Positions 9,929-19,801 of a stretch of 64,000 nt of DNA are shown one piece after another. The notes under the pieces were generated by a model. That model was given only the letters and a program-made list of their open reading frames with translations, did no database searches and was not told the origin of the DNA. Within the stretch, counting starts at the first letter, position 1, and every line of letters begins with the position of its first letter. Location: contig JAQBUT010000001.1 in assembly GCA_027623195.1 (NCBI GenBank), positions 64,001 through 128,000 of the forward strand, read 5' to 3'. The position numbers and the translations under genes were made by a program. Source of the stretch: Chloroflexota bacterium (GTDB lineage: Bacteria > Chloroflexota > Dehalococcoidia > Lucifugimonadales > JADFKI01).

Positions 9929-10392
9929 TTTGCTGGCACCTGCTGAAGCATAGGAATGCGCCGCTCAGCCCAATGCTGATTTTCTACGGACACCCCAATC
10001 CAAACGTTCTCAGGCCAGTCAAAAAATTCAGGGCTGTTTATGTAATTAAACATTTGTTCTGGCCGTTTTGTCAAAAGTTGAAAAGTATGTCTGGGATTAT
10101 CCCTCATAACATCGAATATTTCCGAGATGAAGGGGAACGGGACTTCTTCATGAAAAACATCGCTCATGCTGTTCACGAAGATACGTTTTGGCTTCTTCCA
10201 TTTTGTAGGAGCCTCAAGCCTATCGGGGTGAAGAACTATGGAGGTCTTGCCCGGAAGGTATGGTCCTCCACGCTTGAAACGAAGTGTTATGGATTCAGCA
10301 TAGCAGTGGGCGCAGCCAGGACTGACCTTGGTGCACCCTGTAACCGGATTCCACGTCGCGTCCGTCCATTCGATTGCGGTTTTGTCAGGCAT
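9929..10392 (-). pseudogene. DUF5131 / phage Gp37-Gp68 family protein, C-terminally truncated
   Basis: TAIEWTDATWNPVTGCTKVSPGCAHCYAE, IFVNSMSDVFH, HTFQLLTKRP, NVWIGVSVENQ; similarity stops at QQVPAK where it fuses to the solA-tail copy; ORF reads on to 9802. Confidence 0.8.
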
Positions 10393-10473
10393 GAAACTTC
10401 CTAAACTTAGATTATTCTAAGATTAGTTTGGAACATTCGTGCGAATACGTCAATTATACCCGAGGTCACATCG

Positions 10474-11610
10474 TTACGCAAACCGCGCCAGCCGGAACAT
10501 CCCCACATCGTGCCTAGTCTCGCCGTCGATGGCCATGTCCGAAAGAATTTCGCCGACGACGCTGCAGAACTTGAAGCCGTGCCCGGTGAATCCCGCCGCT
10601 ACGACGATTGGTGAATCGGGCGTTAATCGATCTATCAAAAAATGCTCGTCGGGGGTGTTGGTGAACATGCAGGCCTTCATGGAGAGGGTAGGGCCGGCGG
10701 CATCGGGGAAGTACCTCTCGACGGCCTGACGCAGCATGGCCTCGTCGCGGGCGTTGGGCTCGCGGTCGATGGTGTCGGGGTCCACAACCTCCTCCAGATG
10801 ATGGAAGCGGCCTATCTTGAAGCCCGGCACCTGGAAGGCGGGGAAGCCGTAAAAATGGCCCTCCTCCACCATTAGCAGGAAGATGGGGAATGTCTCGGGT
10901 GTGTACGACTCCGGCTTCAGAGGCTCAGTCCAGATCAGCACTTGCCTCTCAGGCACGGCGTTGGATGCGAGTTCAGGCAGCAGCTTTCCTGTCCAGGCCC
11001 CGGCGCACACGACTACTGTGTCGGCCTCGTACTGGCCCTGGTCGGTAGTCACCCGCGCGCCGTTAGAGGTCTCGGCAATATCCAGCACCTGCTCATCCGT
11101 TTGCAGCGTCGCGCCGTGGTCCAACGCGCCCGCCACGTGCAGCTCGATGCAGCGTTCCGGGGTCAGGAAGCCCGCGTCGGCCTGGTATATGGCCTGCAGG
11201 TCGCTCGGCAGACTGAAGCCGGGGTAGCGGCGGCTTAGCTCCGCGCTGCTCATCACCTCGTGTTCCAGCTCATGCTCCAAACAGGATCGCAGAGCGCCCT
11301 CCAGCAAACGGCTGTCTGGCAGCCCGGCGTCGATTCCCCCCGTAATGTGCATGATCTGCTCACCGGCCGAGGCTTCTAACTCCCGCCAAAGCTCGTACGA
11401 CCGCCGCAACAAGGGTACGTAGCCGGGAGCCTCGTAGTAGGCCAAGCGGATAATGCGGGTCACGCCGTGGGAAGAGCCCAGGTCGTGTGCAACCCCGAAG
11501 CGTTCGATTCCCAGCACGCGTTTGCCGCGTTTCGCCAGGTGATACAGCGCCGCGCTGCCCATACCTCCTACGCCAACCACGATTGCGTCATACTTGCCGG
11601 TCTGCGCCAT
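10474..11610 (-). CDS. solA: N-methyl-L-tryptophan oxidase / monomeric sarcosine oxidase
   Basis: GVGGMG FAD motif, GSSHGVTRIIR, CMFTNTPDEHF, GFTGHGFKF. Confidence 0.9.
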   Translation of the reverse strand: MAQTGKYDAIVVGVGGMGSAALYHLAKRGKRVLGIERFGVAHDLGSSHGVTRIIRLAYYEAPGYVPLLRRSYELWRELEASAGEQIMHITGGIDAGLPDSRLLEGALRSCLEHELEHEVMSSAELSRRYPGFSLPSDLQAIYQADAGFLTPERCIELHVAGALDHGATLQTDEQVLDIAETSNGARVTTDQGQYEADTVVVCAGAWTGKLLPELASNAVPERQVLIWTEPLKPESYTPETFPIFLLMVEEGHFYGFPAFQVPGFKIGRFHHLEEVVDPDTIDREPNARDEAMLRQAVERYFPDAAGPTLSMKACMFTNTPDEHFLIDRLTPDSPIVVAAGFTGHGFKFCSVVGEILSDMAIDGETRHDVGMFRLARFA

Positions 11611-11749
11611 CAGGTACCTCCACTAGCCTTCGAGCCGTTCGTTGAACCCAGGAAAATTTAGGAATTTCTTGTCGTATGGCATATAATAGGCTCCGCGAAA
11701 TTTTCCCACCACATGAACTACAACAATTCGTTCTTTTAAGGAGCACATA

Positions 11750-12847
11750 ATGAAATACTCAATCGCGGTGCTGCCGGGCGACGGCATAGGGCCGGAGGTC
11801 ATCGGCGAGGCCGTCAAAGTCATGGAGGCCGTGGGACGACGCTTCGGTCACCAGTTCGACACGGAGGAGGGCCGGGTAGGGGGCAACGCCATCGACGAGT
11901 TCGGCACGCCGCTGCCCGAGGCCACTGAGGCCCTTATCACGGACACAGACGCCGTGCTGTTCGGAGCGGTGGGCGGTCCCAAGTGGGACGACCCTCGCGC
12001 GAAGACGCGCCCCGAGGACGGCATCCTGGCCATGCGCAAGATGCTGGGCCTGTACGGCAACATGCGCCCGGTGAAGGTCTACCCTCAGCTAATCAACACG
12101 AGTCCCATAAAGCCCGAGTACCTGAAGGGCGTGGACATGATTATCCTGCGGGAGCTTACCGGCGGCCTGTACTTCGCCAAGCCCAAACGCCGCTGGGAGA
12201 CCTCCCGTGGCCGCAGGGGCGTGGATACGTTGAAGTACACGGAGCAGGAGATCGAACGTATTGTGCGCATGGCTTTCGAGATGGCTATGGGCCGCCGCAA
12301 GCGCGTTACGTCTGTGGACAAGGCTAACGTGCTGGAGACGGGCAGGCTCTGGCGGGAGATCGCAACAGAGGTCGGCCAGGATTACCCCGAGGTGGAGTTG
12401 GAGCACGTACTGGTGGACGCTGCGGCCATGCAGTTGATCAAAAACCCGGTGCATTACGACATCATCGTGGCGGAGAATACCTTCGGGGACATCCTCACGG
12501 ACGAGGCGTCGGTGCTGTCCGGTTCCATGGGCATGCAGCCTTCGGCCAGCCTGGCGGGTCTGCCCAAGAAGGGCGGGCGTGGAAAGCGGGCCATTAGCCT
12601 TTACGAGCCCATCCACGGCAGCGCCCCGGACATCGCGGGGCAGGGCATCGCCAATCCCATCGGCACCATACTGAGCATGGCAATGCTGCTTCGTTACTCG
12701 CTGAGCCTAGAGGAAGAGGCCGTCGCCGTTGAGCGGTCGGTGGAGGGAGCGTTGGCCGAGGGCTATCGCACGCCGGATATCGCGTCGGACGGAGGCGAGG
12801 TCGTTAAGACGTCGGAGCTAGGAGACATCATCGCCGGCGGGGTCTAA
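11750..12847 (+). CDS. leuB: 3-isopropylmalate dehydrogenase
   Basis: LPGDGIGPEV, GAVGGPKWD, RELTGGLYF, SVDKANVL, YEPIHGSAPDIAG. Confidence 0.95.
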   Translation: MKYSIAVLPGDGIGPEVIGEAVKVMEAVGRRFGHQFDTEEGRVGGNAIDEFGTPLPEATEALITDTDAVLFGAVGGPKWDDPRAKTRPEDGILAMRKMLGLYGNMRPVKVYPQLINTSPIKPEYLKGVDMIILRELTGGLYFAKPKRRWETSRGRRGVDTLKYTEQEIERIVRMAFEMAMGRRKRVTSVDKANVLETGRLWREIATEVGQDYPEVELEHVLVDAAAMQLIKNPVHYDIIVAENTFGDILTDEASVLSGSMGMQPSASLAGLPKKGGRGKRAISLYEPIHGSAPDIAGQGIANPIGTILSMAMLLRYSLSLEEEAVAVERSVEGALAEGYRTPDIASDGGEVVKTSELGDIIAGGV

Positions 12848-12913
12848 TTTCCTTTGGATTCACGGCGGGGCGGCCAGGATGCTTGGCTGACGTCGTGAGT
12901 GAACAGTTAATTT

Positions 12914-12946
12914 AAAAGGGGGAGGCCAATATGGCCTCCCCTTTTT
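12914..12946. terminator. Bidirectional intrinsic terminator between leuB and MFS gene
   Basis: AAAAGGGGGAGGCCA-ATA-TGGCCTCCCCTTTTT. Confidence 0.85.
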
Positions 12947-12960
12947 ATTACTACAAATGC

Positions 12961-14313
12961 CTAGTGGTGATGACCGGTTACTGCGGCTCGGTCCGTCTTG
13001 GTCACCGGGACGAATATCAGAACCACTGCGCCTATTGCAAAGAGCACAGCAACGTATATAAAGGCTGCCCCGGCTCCTCGACTATCGTAGATGAACCCCG
13101 CGATTAAGGGTGAAGATGCGGCGAACAGGAATCTTGCGAACGACAGCACCCCCAGCACCGTCGTAGCAACGCCTTCTCCTGCCACATCCAGTGCCAGAGC
13201 CGTCAGCACTGGTTGATCGCCGAAGAGGAACGTCCCCAACAAGGCGATTATCACGATCAACAGGATACCGCCAGTAGATATGCCCAGGAAGAGCGACATA
13301 AGGGCGAGGAAAAGCATTCCAGGGACCAGGACTACTTTTCGTCCAAACAGGTCTGACAGGTAGCCAACCACGGGCGTGGACACGATACCTACTGCCATCA
13401 ATAGGCCCAGGTGAAGGTTGCGCACTAGCGGAGTCATCCCCAAGTCGTTCAGGTATATGGGCAGGAACGTGGTGAGCGCCAGAAACGCCATCCCTCTGAC
13501 TCCCCCGACGAATGCCACAAACCATAACACCGGGTTACGCAAAACATGTTTCGTTGTTTGCCACTGTTCGTTGCGGGTCGGAGCCACCTGCTGTCCCTGG
13601 CTATCCCGGCCGATGTGCCTGAATGACCAGTAGACCACAAATGCCAGGAATATCGGCAATGCTGCGTAGATGCTTATTATCTCTGTCCACGCCAAAACTC
13701 CCAACAACACGCCCGTCACAGGAGGGGCGAGAGCATCACCTAACTGCCCTCCAACGCCATGAAAGGATAGGGCGGCTCCCCTTCGATGGGAGAAGTGATG
13801 CGAGAGGGAGGCCATAGCCGGCAGGTGCCATATGGACGCCGCGACTGCGACAACTCCCATGCCGAACAGCAGCAAAGGGTAGGACGGAGAGAAGCCAATG
13901 ATAAGCCACCCAATCCCAAAGGTTGCCATGCACAGGGCTAGTATCAGGCCCCAGTACCTCCTCAAGGCATCGGCAATAACCCCGCCGGGAAGAGTAACTA
14001 TGCCGGAAACGAACTCTCTGGTTGCAGTTATCCCACCCACGCCTACCGCGCTCAAAGCAAAGGCCGCCTGCACCTCTGGAAGCATCGCGATAAAGCTCTG
14101 TGTGAACCAGTGAAAAACGCCGTGCCCGCTTGTGAGGGCGGTAATAATGAAGCCGCCGCGACGCCTTATGTCGGTCTGCTGTTCGTGGCCCTGTTCGTGG
14201 CCGTGATGATGTTCTCCGTGGTCTTCGTGGTGGTCAGAATGGTGGTCATCGTGGTCGTGATGACCTTCGTGTGGGTTCTCTGTATGGCCACTATCTGACG
14301 GCTGTTCTTCCAT
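12961..14313 (-). CDS. MFS transporter with His-rich N-terminus
   Basis: Multiple hydrophobic segments, MFS motif A (GYLSDLFGRK); 15 His in first ~45 aa and C-terminal GHHH. Confidence 0.85.
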   Translation of the reverse strand: MEEQPSDSGHTENPHEGHHDHDDHHSDHHEDHGEHHHGHEQGHEQQTDIRRRGGFIITALTSGHGVFHWFTQSFIAMLPEVQAAFALSAVGVGGITATREFVSGIVTLPGGVIADALRRYWGLILALCMATFGIGWLIIGFSPSYPLLLFGMGVVAVAASIWHLPAMASLSHHFSHRRGAALSFHGVGGQLGDALAPPVTGVLLGVLAWTEIISIYAALPIFLAFVVYWSFRHIGRDSQGQQVAPTRNEQWQTTKHVLRNPVLWFVAFVGGVRGMAFLALTTFLPIYLNDLGMTPLVRNLHLGLLMAVGIVSTPVVGYLSDLFGRKVVLVPGMLFLALMSLFLGISTGGILLIVIIALLGTFLFGDQPVLTALALDVAGEGVATTVLGVLSFARFLFAASSPLIAGFIYDSRGAGAAFIYVAVLFAIGAVVLIFVPVTKTDRAAVTGHHH

Positions 14314-14406
14314 TCATTCATGTCCTTCCCAATAGTTCGTGCGGTCTTCTTGTTTGTGGCATATTCCGCACATTAAGCTCGCTGCTACTTTTATATTGCT
14401 TTCGAA

Positions 14407-14427
14407 AATTTGTCAACCAGACAAATT
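14407..14427. promoter_or_regulatory. Candidate operator palindrome in divergent promoter region
   Basis: AATTTGTC-AACCA-GACAAATT, perfect 8-bp inverted repeat. Confidence 0.45.
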
Positions 14428-14617
14428 GCAGAAAAAGCCTTCGTCATTTCTCACAATTTCCTCACCAGCGCCTCTTTTATCTTCATACCTTCCTCACGTA
14501 CTGGGCAGCATACTGAGGATGAAAATTGAAAGACAGGTACGCACAATTTGTAGGTCATCTCGAAGCTCTTACTTCAGTGAAGGAGTCCGAGACATTCTGT
14601 TGCAGGAGGCACGTCAA

Positions 14618-15652
14618 ATGTTCCGAAAAGTTATCGTCCCACTGGACGGCACAGAATTGGCAGAAGGCATACTGCCGTATATTACGGACGTGGCGGCGGG
14701 CCTCGGTACGTCTGTGGTCCTACTGTCCGTGATTGATCCCGATGCCATCGACCTTCCCGAGCGCATTGGGGATAGCCGTGGAACCGGCGCCGCTCACGTG
14801 GAGGCTGTTGGAACTACATCAGGCATCGTGGACGTTAATGTCCGAACGGATACCGGGGATGCGGCTAGAGCGGGCGTACACCCACACGAGAGGGGCGGCC
14901 CGTACGTCTCCCAACTGTTCGACCGCGCGGAGGAGATCACGAAAACTCGACTGGATGAGGTCGCCAAGGGCCTGGAGTCCAAGATATCCAAGGTGGAGAC
15001 CAGAGTGGTCTTCGGAAGGCCGGCCGAGATGATTATAGAGGTCGCAGAGGCCGAGGGCGCGGACCTTATCGCCATGTCTACCCACGGGCGCAATATGATA
15101 GGCAGAGGCCTGATGGGCAGCGTAACGGACAAGGTCCTGCACGCAACCAGCATTCCGATGGTGACCATTTCGCCCGACAAGGCCAAGATATATGGGGACG
15201 GCGGGAACGGCATCAGCAACCTCATTGTGCCGCTGGACGGCTCCGAACAAGCAGAAGCCGTGCTGCCCTACGTTGAGGAAATGGCCGTCAAAATGTCTCT
15301 GGATGTTTTGCTGGTCAGAGTTCTGAGGCTCGGTGGAGCATACGCCGCATACTCCGAAGGCATGGCGTATTGGGGCGATTCTGCCGTAGATGAGGCTCTG
15401 GAAGCAGAAATCAAGGACTACCTAGAAGTTATTGCTGGGAGGTTAAGGGCCAAGGAAATTAAGGTGGCTTGGAAGATCATGCGGGGGGCTCCTGCCATAT
15501 GCATTACAGACCTCGCCAGGGATACGTCTAACGACATGATCGCGATGACGACTCACGGCCGGTCTGGTCTAACCCGCTGGATGCTAGGCAGCGTGGCGGA
15601 GGGCGTGATTAGGGCAACGGGCGACCCGGTGATGGTGATTCCACCACATTAG
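14618..15652 (+). CDS. Universal stress protein, tandem USP domains
   Basis: MFRKVIVPLDGT, LIAMSTHGR..GSVTDKVL; second domain LIVPLDGS..MTTHGRSG..GSVAEGVI; start ATG 14618 after AGGAGG. Confidence 0.9.
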   Translation: MFRKVIVPLDGTELAEGILPYITDVAAGLGTSVVLLSVIDPDAIDLPERIGDSRGTGAAHVEAVGTTSGIVDVNVRTDTGDAARAGVHPHERGGPYVSQLFDRAEEITKTRLDEVAKGLESKISKVETRVVFGRPAEMIIEVAEAEGADLIAMSTHGRNMIGRGLMGSVTDKVLHATSIPMVTISPDKAKIYGDGGNGISNLIVPLDGSEQAEAVLPYVEEMAVKMSLDVLLVRVLRLGGAYAAYSEGMAYWGDSAVDEALEAEIKDYLEVIAGRLRAKEIKVAWKIMRGAPAICITDLARDTSNDMIAMTTHGRSGLTRWMLGSVAEGVIRATGDPVMVIPPH

Positions 15653-15664
15653 GAGGTGATCAGA

Positions 15665-16258
15665 ATGGTGGTTAAGACTACATATCCCATTCTCGGCTAT
15701 CCGACCGTTCACCTGACTAACGGTGGCGTTCAGGTAATCATTAGACCTATGGTTCCGGAGGACCGAAACGATCTGCTGGACTTCTTCCAGCGCATCCCGG
15801 CCGAGGACAGGTTTTACCTGAAAGAGGACGTTACCGATCCCAGGGTGATTGAACGGTGGGCCGAGACAGTGGATTACAATCGAACCCTCCCACTGCTGGC
15901 CATTATGGACAAAAAGATCGTGGCCGACGCAACGCTCCACAGAAGCAGAGCTGGAGCAAGGAGGCACGTGGGGGAAATCAGAATCGTTGTGGACCCTGAG
16001 TACCGCAACGCTGGAATCGGAAGGGGACTTCTACACAAGATCGCGGAGCTAGCAATGGACAAGGGCATAAACAAGCTCATGTTCGAGGTGATAGCGGATA
16101 CGGAAGAGGCTGCAAGGCGCACGGCCATCATACAGGGCTTCTACCCGGCAGCAGTGCTTCGCGACCATGTGCAGGACATGGATGGCAGGCCCCATGACCT
16201 CATCATCATGGAGATGATGGTTACGGAGACTCTGCCAGGACCGCTAGACATCTACTAG
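15665..16258 (+). CDS. GNAT family N-acetyltransferase (paralog 1)
   Basis: IIRPM..ED, VVDPEYRNAGIG acetyl-CoA motif A; AGGAGG RBS. Confidence 0.85.
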   Translation: MVVKTTYPILGYPTVHLTNGGVQVIIRPMVPEDRNDLLDFFQRIPAEDRFYLKEDVTDPRVIERWAETVDYNRTLPLLAIMDKKIVADATLHRSRAGARRHVGEIRIVVDPEYRNAGIGRGLLHKIAELAMDKGINKLMFEVIADTEEAARRTAIIQGFYPAAVLRDHVQDMDGRPHDLIIMEMMVTETLPGPLDIY

Positions 16259-16360
16259 CGTCGGCCACAAAAGCTGGGGTCGGGCTTTCATCCATAGCTG
16301 CAAGAGCCCGATCCGACATTCCAAGAATGCTGGATATCCTGTGTTAGGTGGGAACGTACC

Positions 16361-16939
16361 ATGACTGTCTTTAAAATGACCGCATATCCTAAAGAGGTCG
16401 AAGTTCCCAACAAGCGCACCTTTATCATCAGACCAATGCGTGCTGAAGACGATGGCGCCCTGTTGGACTTTTTCCTACGAATCCCTGAAGACGAGCGCTT
16501 CTACCTTAAAGAGGACGTGACATCCCCAGGAGTGATTCGTCAGTGGGTCGAGAACCTGAACTACTCCAGGGCCCTGCCCTTGCTGGCCTTCGTTGGCGAT
16601 CGTATTGTCGCTGACGGGACCCTGCACAGACGACGGGCCGGAGCGACCAAGCACAGGGGAGAGATCCGGGTGGTGGTGGATCCCGAGTTCAGAAACATGG
16701 GCGTCGGCACGGAGCTGATGAGAGAGTTGATTGACATAGCTCGGGACTCGGACCTGGAGCGCATTACCCTGGAACTGGTGGCGCAGGAACAGGAATCCGC
16801 ATTGCTAACGGCAGAGGCGTTGGGCTTTGTGAGGCTGGCCACCGTGCCCAATTACTATAGGGACGCCAATGGCAAACCACACGACATGCTCATGATGGAA
16901 CTTCCACTTGGTAAGTGGCAAGAATGGTGGGACTTCTAA
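16361..16939 (+). CDS. GNAT family N-acetyltransferase (paralog 2)
   Basis: VVDPEFRNMGVG motif; highly similar to paralogs 1 and 3. Confidence 0.85.
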   Translation: MTVFKMTAYPKEVEVPNKRTFIIRPMRAEDDGALLDFFLRIPEDERFYLKEDVTSPGVIRQWVENLNYSRALPLLAFVGDRIVADGTLHRRRAGATKHRGEIRVVVDPEFRNMGVGTELMRELIDIARDSDLERITLELVAQEQESALLTAEALGFVRLATVPNYYRDANGKPHDMLMMELPLGKWQEWWDF

Positions 16940-17379
16940 TGCGATACGAAAAAATACTGGTACCGCTAGACGGCTCAAGGCAAGCCGAGTACATCCTGCC
17001 TCAACTGGAGGCGATGGTTAAGGCGTTCGACGCAGACGTAACTTTGTTACACGTGGTGGCTGATAAGCACACCAACGGACCGGAGCCCACGCGATCGCAA
17101 AAGGACGCTGGCACTGACATCACCGGGTATATGGAACACATTGCGGAAGCGCTTAGAGGGAAAAAGGTCCGTTGCGAGTGGCAACTAACTCACGGCGATC
17201 CTGCGGAGGAGATCGCCAAATTCGCGGCGACGGATATGGCAGACCTGATAATCATGACGACGCATGGCCAAGGCACTACAAAGAAGGTCAGAACCGGCAG
17301 CGTAGCGATGGAGATTATCTCGTCTAACCAAATACCCGTCATGCTGGTGCGGCCCCCGATATCGATTCTGGATCGATAG
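16939..17379 (+). CDS. Universal stress protein, single domain
   Basis: MRYEKILVPLDGS, HGDPAEEI, LIIMTTHG, GSVA; TAATG coupling to upstream GNAT. Confidence 0.85.
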   Translation: MRYEKILVPLDGSRQAEYILPQLEAMVKAFDADVTLLHVVADKHTNGPEPTRSQKDAGTDITGYMEHIAEALRGKKVRCEWQLTHGDPAEEIAKFAATDMADLIIMTTHGQGTTKKVRTGSVAMEIISSNQIPVMLVRPPISILDR

Positions 17380-17458
17380 GCCGAACCGATACGGCGACCT
17401 GAAGGCTACCCAGAGAGGGGCCTGCGAGCATCTAGAATCACGAACAGGGGAGGTCATC

Positions 17459-18040
17459 ATGGACGTTAACATCGTACTCCAGAGATACCCATTCGACGTC
17501 AAGTTGGAGGACGGTTCGGAATTCACCATCCGGCCGCTGGCGAAGGAAGACAAAATCAGGCTGGCGAGGTTCTTCCAGACTGTTTCTGAAGAGGACCGAT
17601 TCTACCTCAAGGAAAACGTAACGGCGCCAGAGATAATTCACGGGTGGATCGACAACATGAACTACGAGCGGGCCGTACCTATTCTGGCCATTGTAGACGG
17701 AAATATTGTTGCCGACGCCACCCTGCACAGAAGCCGAACTCCTGCCAGAATGCACGTAGGGGAGCTTCGAGTTGTCGTTCATCCGAACTACCGGGGTGTA
17801 GGTTTAGGAGCCCGCCTGATTCAAGAGCTGATTGATCTCGGCAGGGCTTTGGAATTGGAGATACTCTTCTTCGAGTTGGTGGACAGGCGGGAAATGGGCG
17901 CTATCCACGCTGCGGCCACAGCAGGATTCGAGGAAGTGGCCGTTCTCAGAAATCGTGTTAAGGACGTTTACGGCAGCCTGCAAGACCTGGTTATAATGGA
18001 AAGGTCCCTGGAGAGCGAAATGGCGTACGGTCACTTCTGA
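17459..18040 (+). CDS. GNAT family N-acetyltransferase (paralog 3)
   Basis: VVHPNYRGVGLG motif; EEDRFYLKE shared with paralogs. Confidence 0.85.
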   Translation: MDVNIVLQRYPFDVKLEDGSEFTIRPLAKEDKIRLARFFQTVSEEDRFYLKENVTAPEIIHGWIDNMNYERAVPILAIVDGNIVADATLHRSRTPARMHVGELRVVVHPNYRGVGLGARLIQELIDLGRALELEILFFELVDRREMGAIHAAATAGFEEVAVLRNRVKDVYGSLQDLVIMERSLESEMAYGHF

Positions 18041-18049
18041 GGCAAATAG

Positions 18050-19432
18050 ATGTTCAACAGGCGCGATGCACCGGTTGCGGGAGTCGACACCAGTCTTAAA
18101 CGAGAACTTGGGCTGTTCGAGCTTACCGCAACCGGTGTTGGCGTTATCCTGGGCGCCGGCATATACGTCATCATCGGCAAGGCAGCAGGCCTGGCAGGCA
18201 GCGCGATCTGGATTCCCTTCCTACTGGGTGCGCTGGCCGCCTCTCTTACAGGCCTTAGCTACGCCGAACTATCCTCCATGTTTCCCAAATCTGCCGCATC
18301 CTTCGAATTCACCCGCCGGGCCTTTGGGCTCCGCGTGGCCTTCGTCGTTGGTTGGCTTATGCTACTCTCACACATCATATCGTCTGCCGCAGTAGCGCTG
18401 GGCTTCGGCGGATACCTCTCCTCATTCATAGGATTCCCCATTGTGCCGATGGCTGTTGGGCTCATCGTGGTGAGTTCCTTCGTGCTTATAATGGGCATTA
18501 AGCAGACGGTATGGATAGGAGTCCTGTTCACGGCCTTCGAGATTGGCGGACTGCTGCTGGTAATCTTCGTATCCACCAGGTTCATTGGCACCGTGAGCTA
18601 CCTGGAAATGCCGGAGGGCATTTTCGGACTCTTCAAAGCCACCACGCTGCTGTTCTTCGCTTATCTGGGCTTTGAGCAGGTTGCCAACCTTGGCGAAGAG
18701 GTACGCAACGCCAAAAAGACAGTTCCAATGGCCATATTGCTGGCCATCGGAATAACGTCTGCCTTCTACATTGCGATTTCGGTAGCCAGCGTCAGCGCGT
18801 TGGACTGGCGTGAGTTGAGCCAGTCCGACGCTCCGTTGGCCGACGTCGTGCAGGCTGCCACCGGTGCCAAGACGTCGTTCGTCATCGGAATCATTGCGCT
18901 TTTTGCAACAGCCAACACAGTGCTGTTCCTGCTGCTGACGTCTACGAGAACCATGTACGGAATGTCCAACTCCAACACGCTGCCAAAGCTGCTGGCCATA
19001 GTCCATCCACGCAGGAAGACGCCCTGGGTGGCGACGCTAGTGGCTGCTGTTGTAGCGTCCTCATTCGCTCTGCTCGGCGATATCGCGGTGGTTGCCCAGC
19101 TCTCGAACTTCGCCGTGCTGGTGGCCTTCGTCATGGTAAACGCATCGCTCATATGGCTACGGCGGACCAAGCCGGAAATCGAGAGAGGCTTCCGCGCTCC
19201 CCTTAACGTGGGGAACCTACCGATTACGGCGGTGCTAGGCATAGGCTTCTCACTGTCCATGCTGGCTAACGTCGCCATTGCAGCACTGCTGGTGGGCCTG
19301 GTAGTGGCCGCTGCCGGAATACTGCTGCCCCTTGTGCTTCCGGACTTCGGCAAGGACCCTGAAGACGTCGGCGGGACCAAAGTGGGCATTGCAGCGGAGG
19401 CGACAACTGGCCCTGCCAAATACGACGCATAA
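18050..19432 (+). CDS. APC family amino acid permease
   Basis: GVILGAGIY, SYAELSSMFP, FFAYLGFE; multiple TM segments. Confidence 0.9.
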   Translation: MFNRRDAPVAGVDTSLKRELGLFELTATGVGVILGAGIYVIIGKAAGLAGSAIWIPFLLGALAASLTGLSYAELSSMFPKSAASFEFTRRAFGLRVAFVVGWLMLLSHIISSAAVALGFGGYLSSFIGFPIVPMAVGLIVVSSFVLIMGIKQTVWIGVLFTAFEIGGLLLVIFVSTRFIGTVSYLEMPEGIFGLFKATTLLFFAYLGFEQVANLGEEVRNAKKTVPMAILLAIGITSAFYIAISVASVSALDWRELSQSDAPLADVVQAATGAKTSFVIGIIALFATANTVLFLLLTSTRTMYGMSNSNTLPKLLAIVHPRRKTPWVATLVAAVVASSFALLGDIAVVAQLSNFAVLVAFVMVNASLIWLRRTKPEIERGFRAPLNVGNLPITAVLGIGFSLSMLANVAIAALLVGLVVAAAGILLPLVLPDFGKDPEDVGGTKVGIAAEATTGPAKYDA

Positions 19433-19559
19433 TCACGATTTCCTCATACTGCGAGGTCTCTGCCTCACGCGTTCTTCACACTGACACTGATTAAATGCCA
19501 GTGTAGGAACAAATAAGGCACTCCGAAGCTATTTCCAGGCTTTGGGAAAGGAGTCGATC

Positions 19560-19790
19560 ATGGAAGCAATGACTCTGGTACGCGAAAAACCCGACACGCG
19601 AATCACTACCACCAAGCGTGTAAACCGGATATATCTCGGCAGCTACATGCCCTTTGCGGGGGTCAAATACTACGGCATTTTCACGGACCGCGACATCATA
19701 GAAGGCCGCACAGACATTGGACCCGTAGGGTGGCATTCCAAGGCACCTGCCCCTGACGACGAACCTGCCAAAGTACTACTAGCAGCCTGA
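19560..19790 (+). CDS. Small hypothetical protein (76 aa)
   Basis: AAGGAG RBS before ATG 19560; ends 11 bp before next gene; contains GIFTDRDI. Confidence 0.55.
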   Translation: MEAMTLVREKPDTRITTTKRVNRIYLGSYMPFAGVKYYGIFTDRDIIEGRTDIGPVGWHSKAPAPDDEPAKVLLAA

Positions 19791-19801
19791 GAGATGTTGT
19801 T

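Noticed and set aside
14339..14617. N-terminal extension of the USP ORF as given in the ORF track
   Set aside because: AT-rich promoter-like DNA; the USP domain and a strong RBS point to ATG 14618
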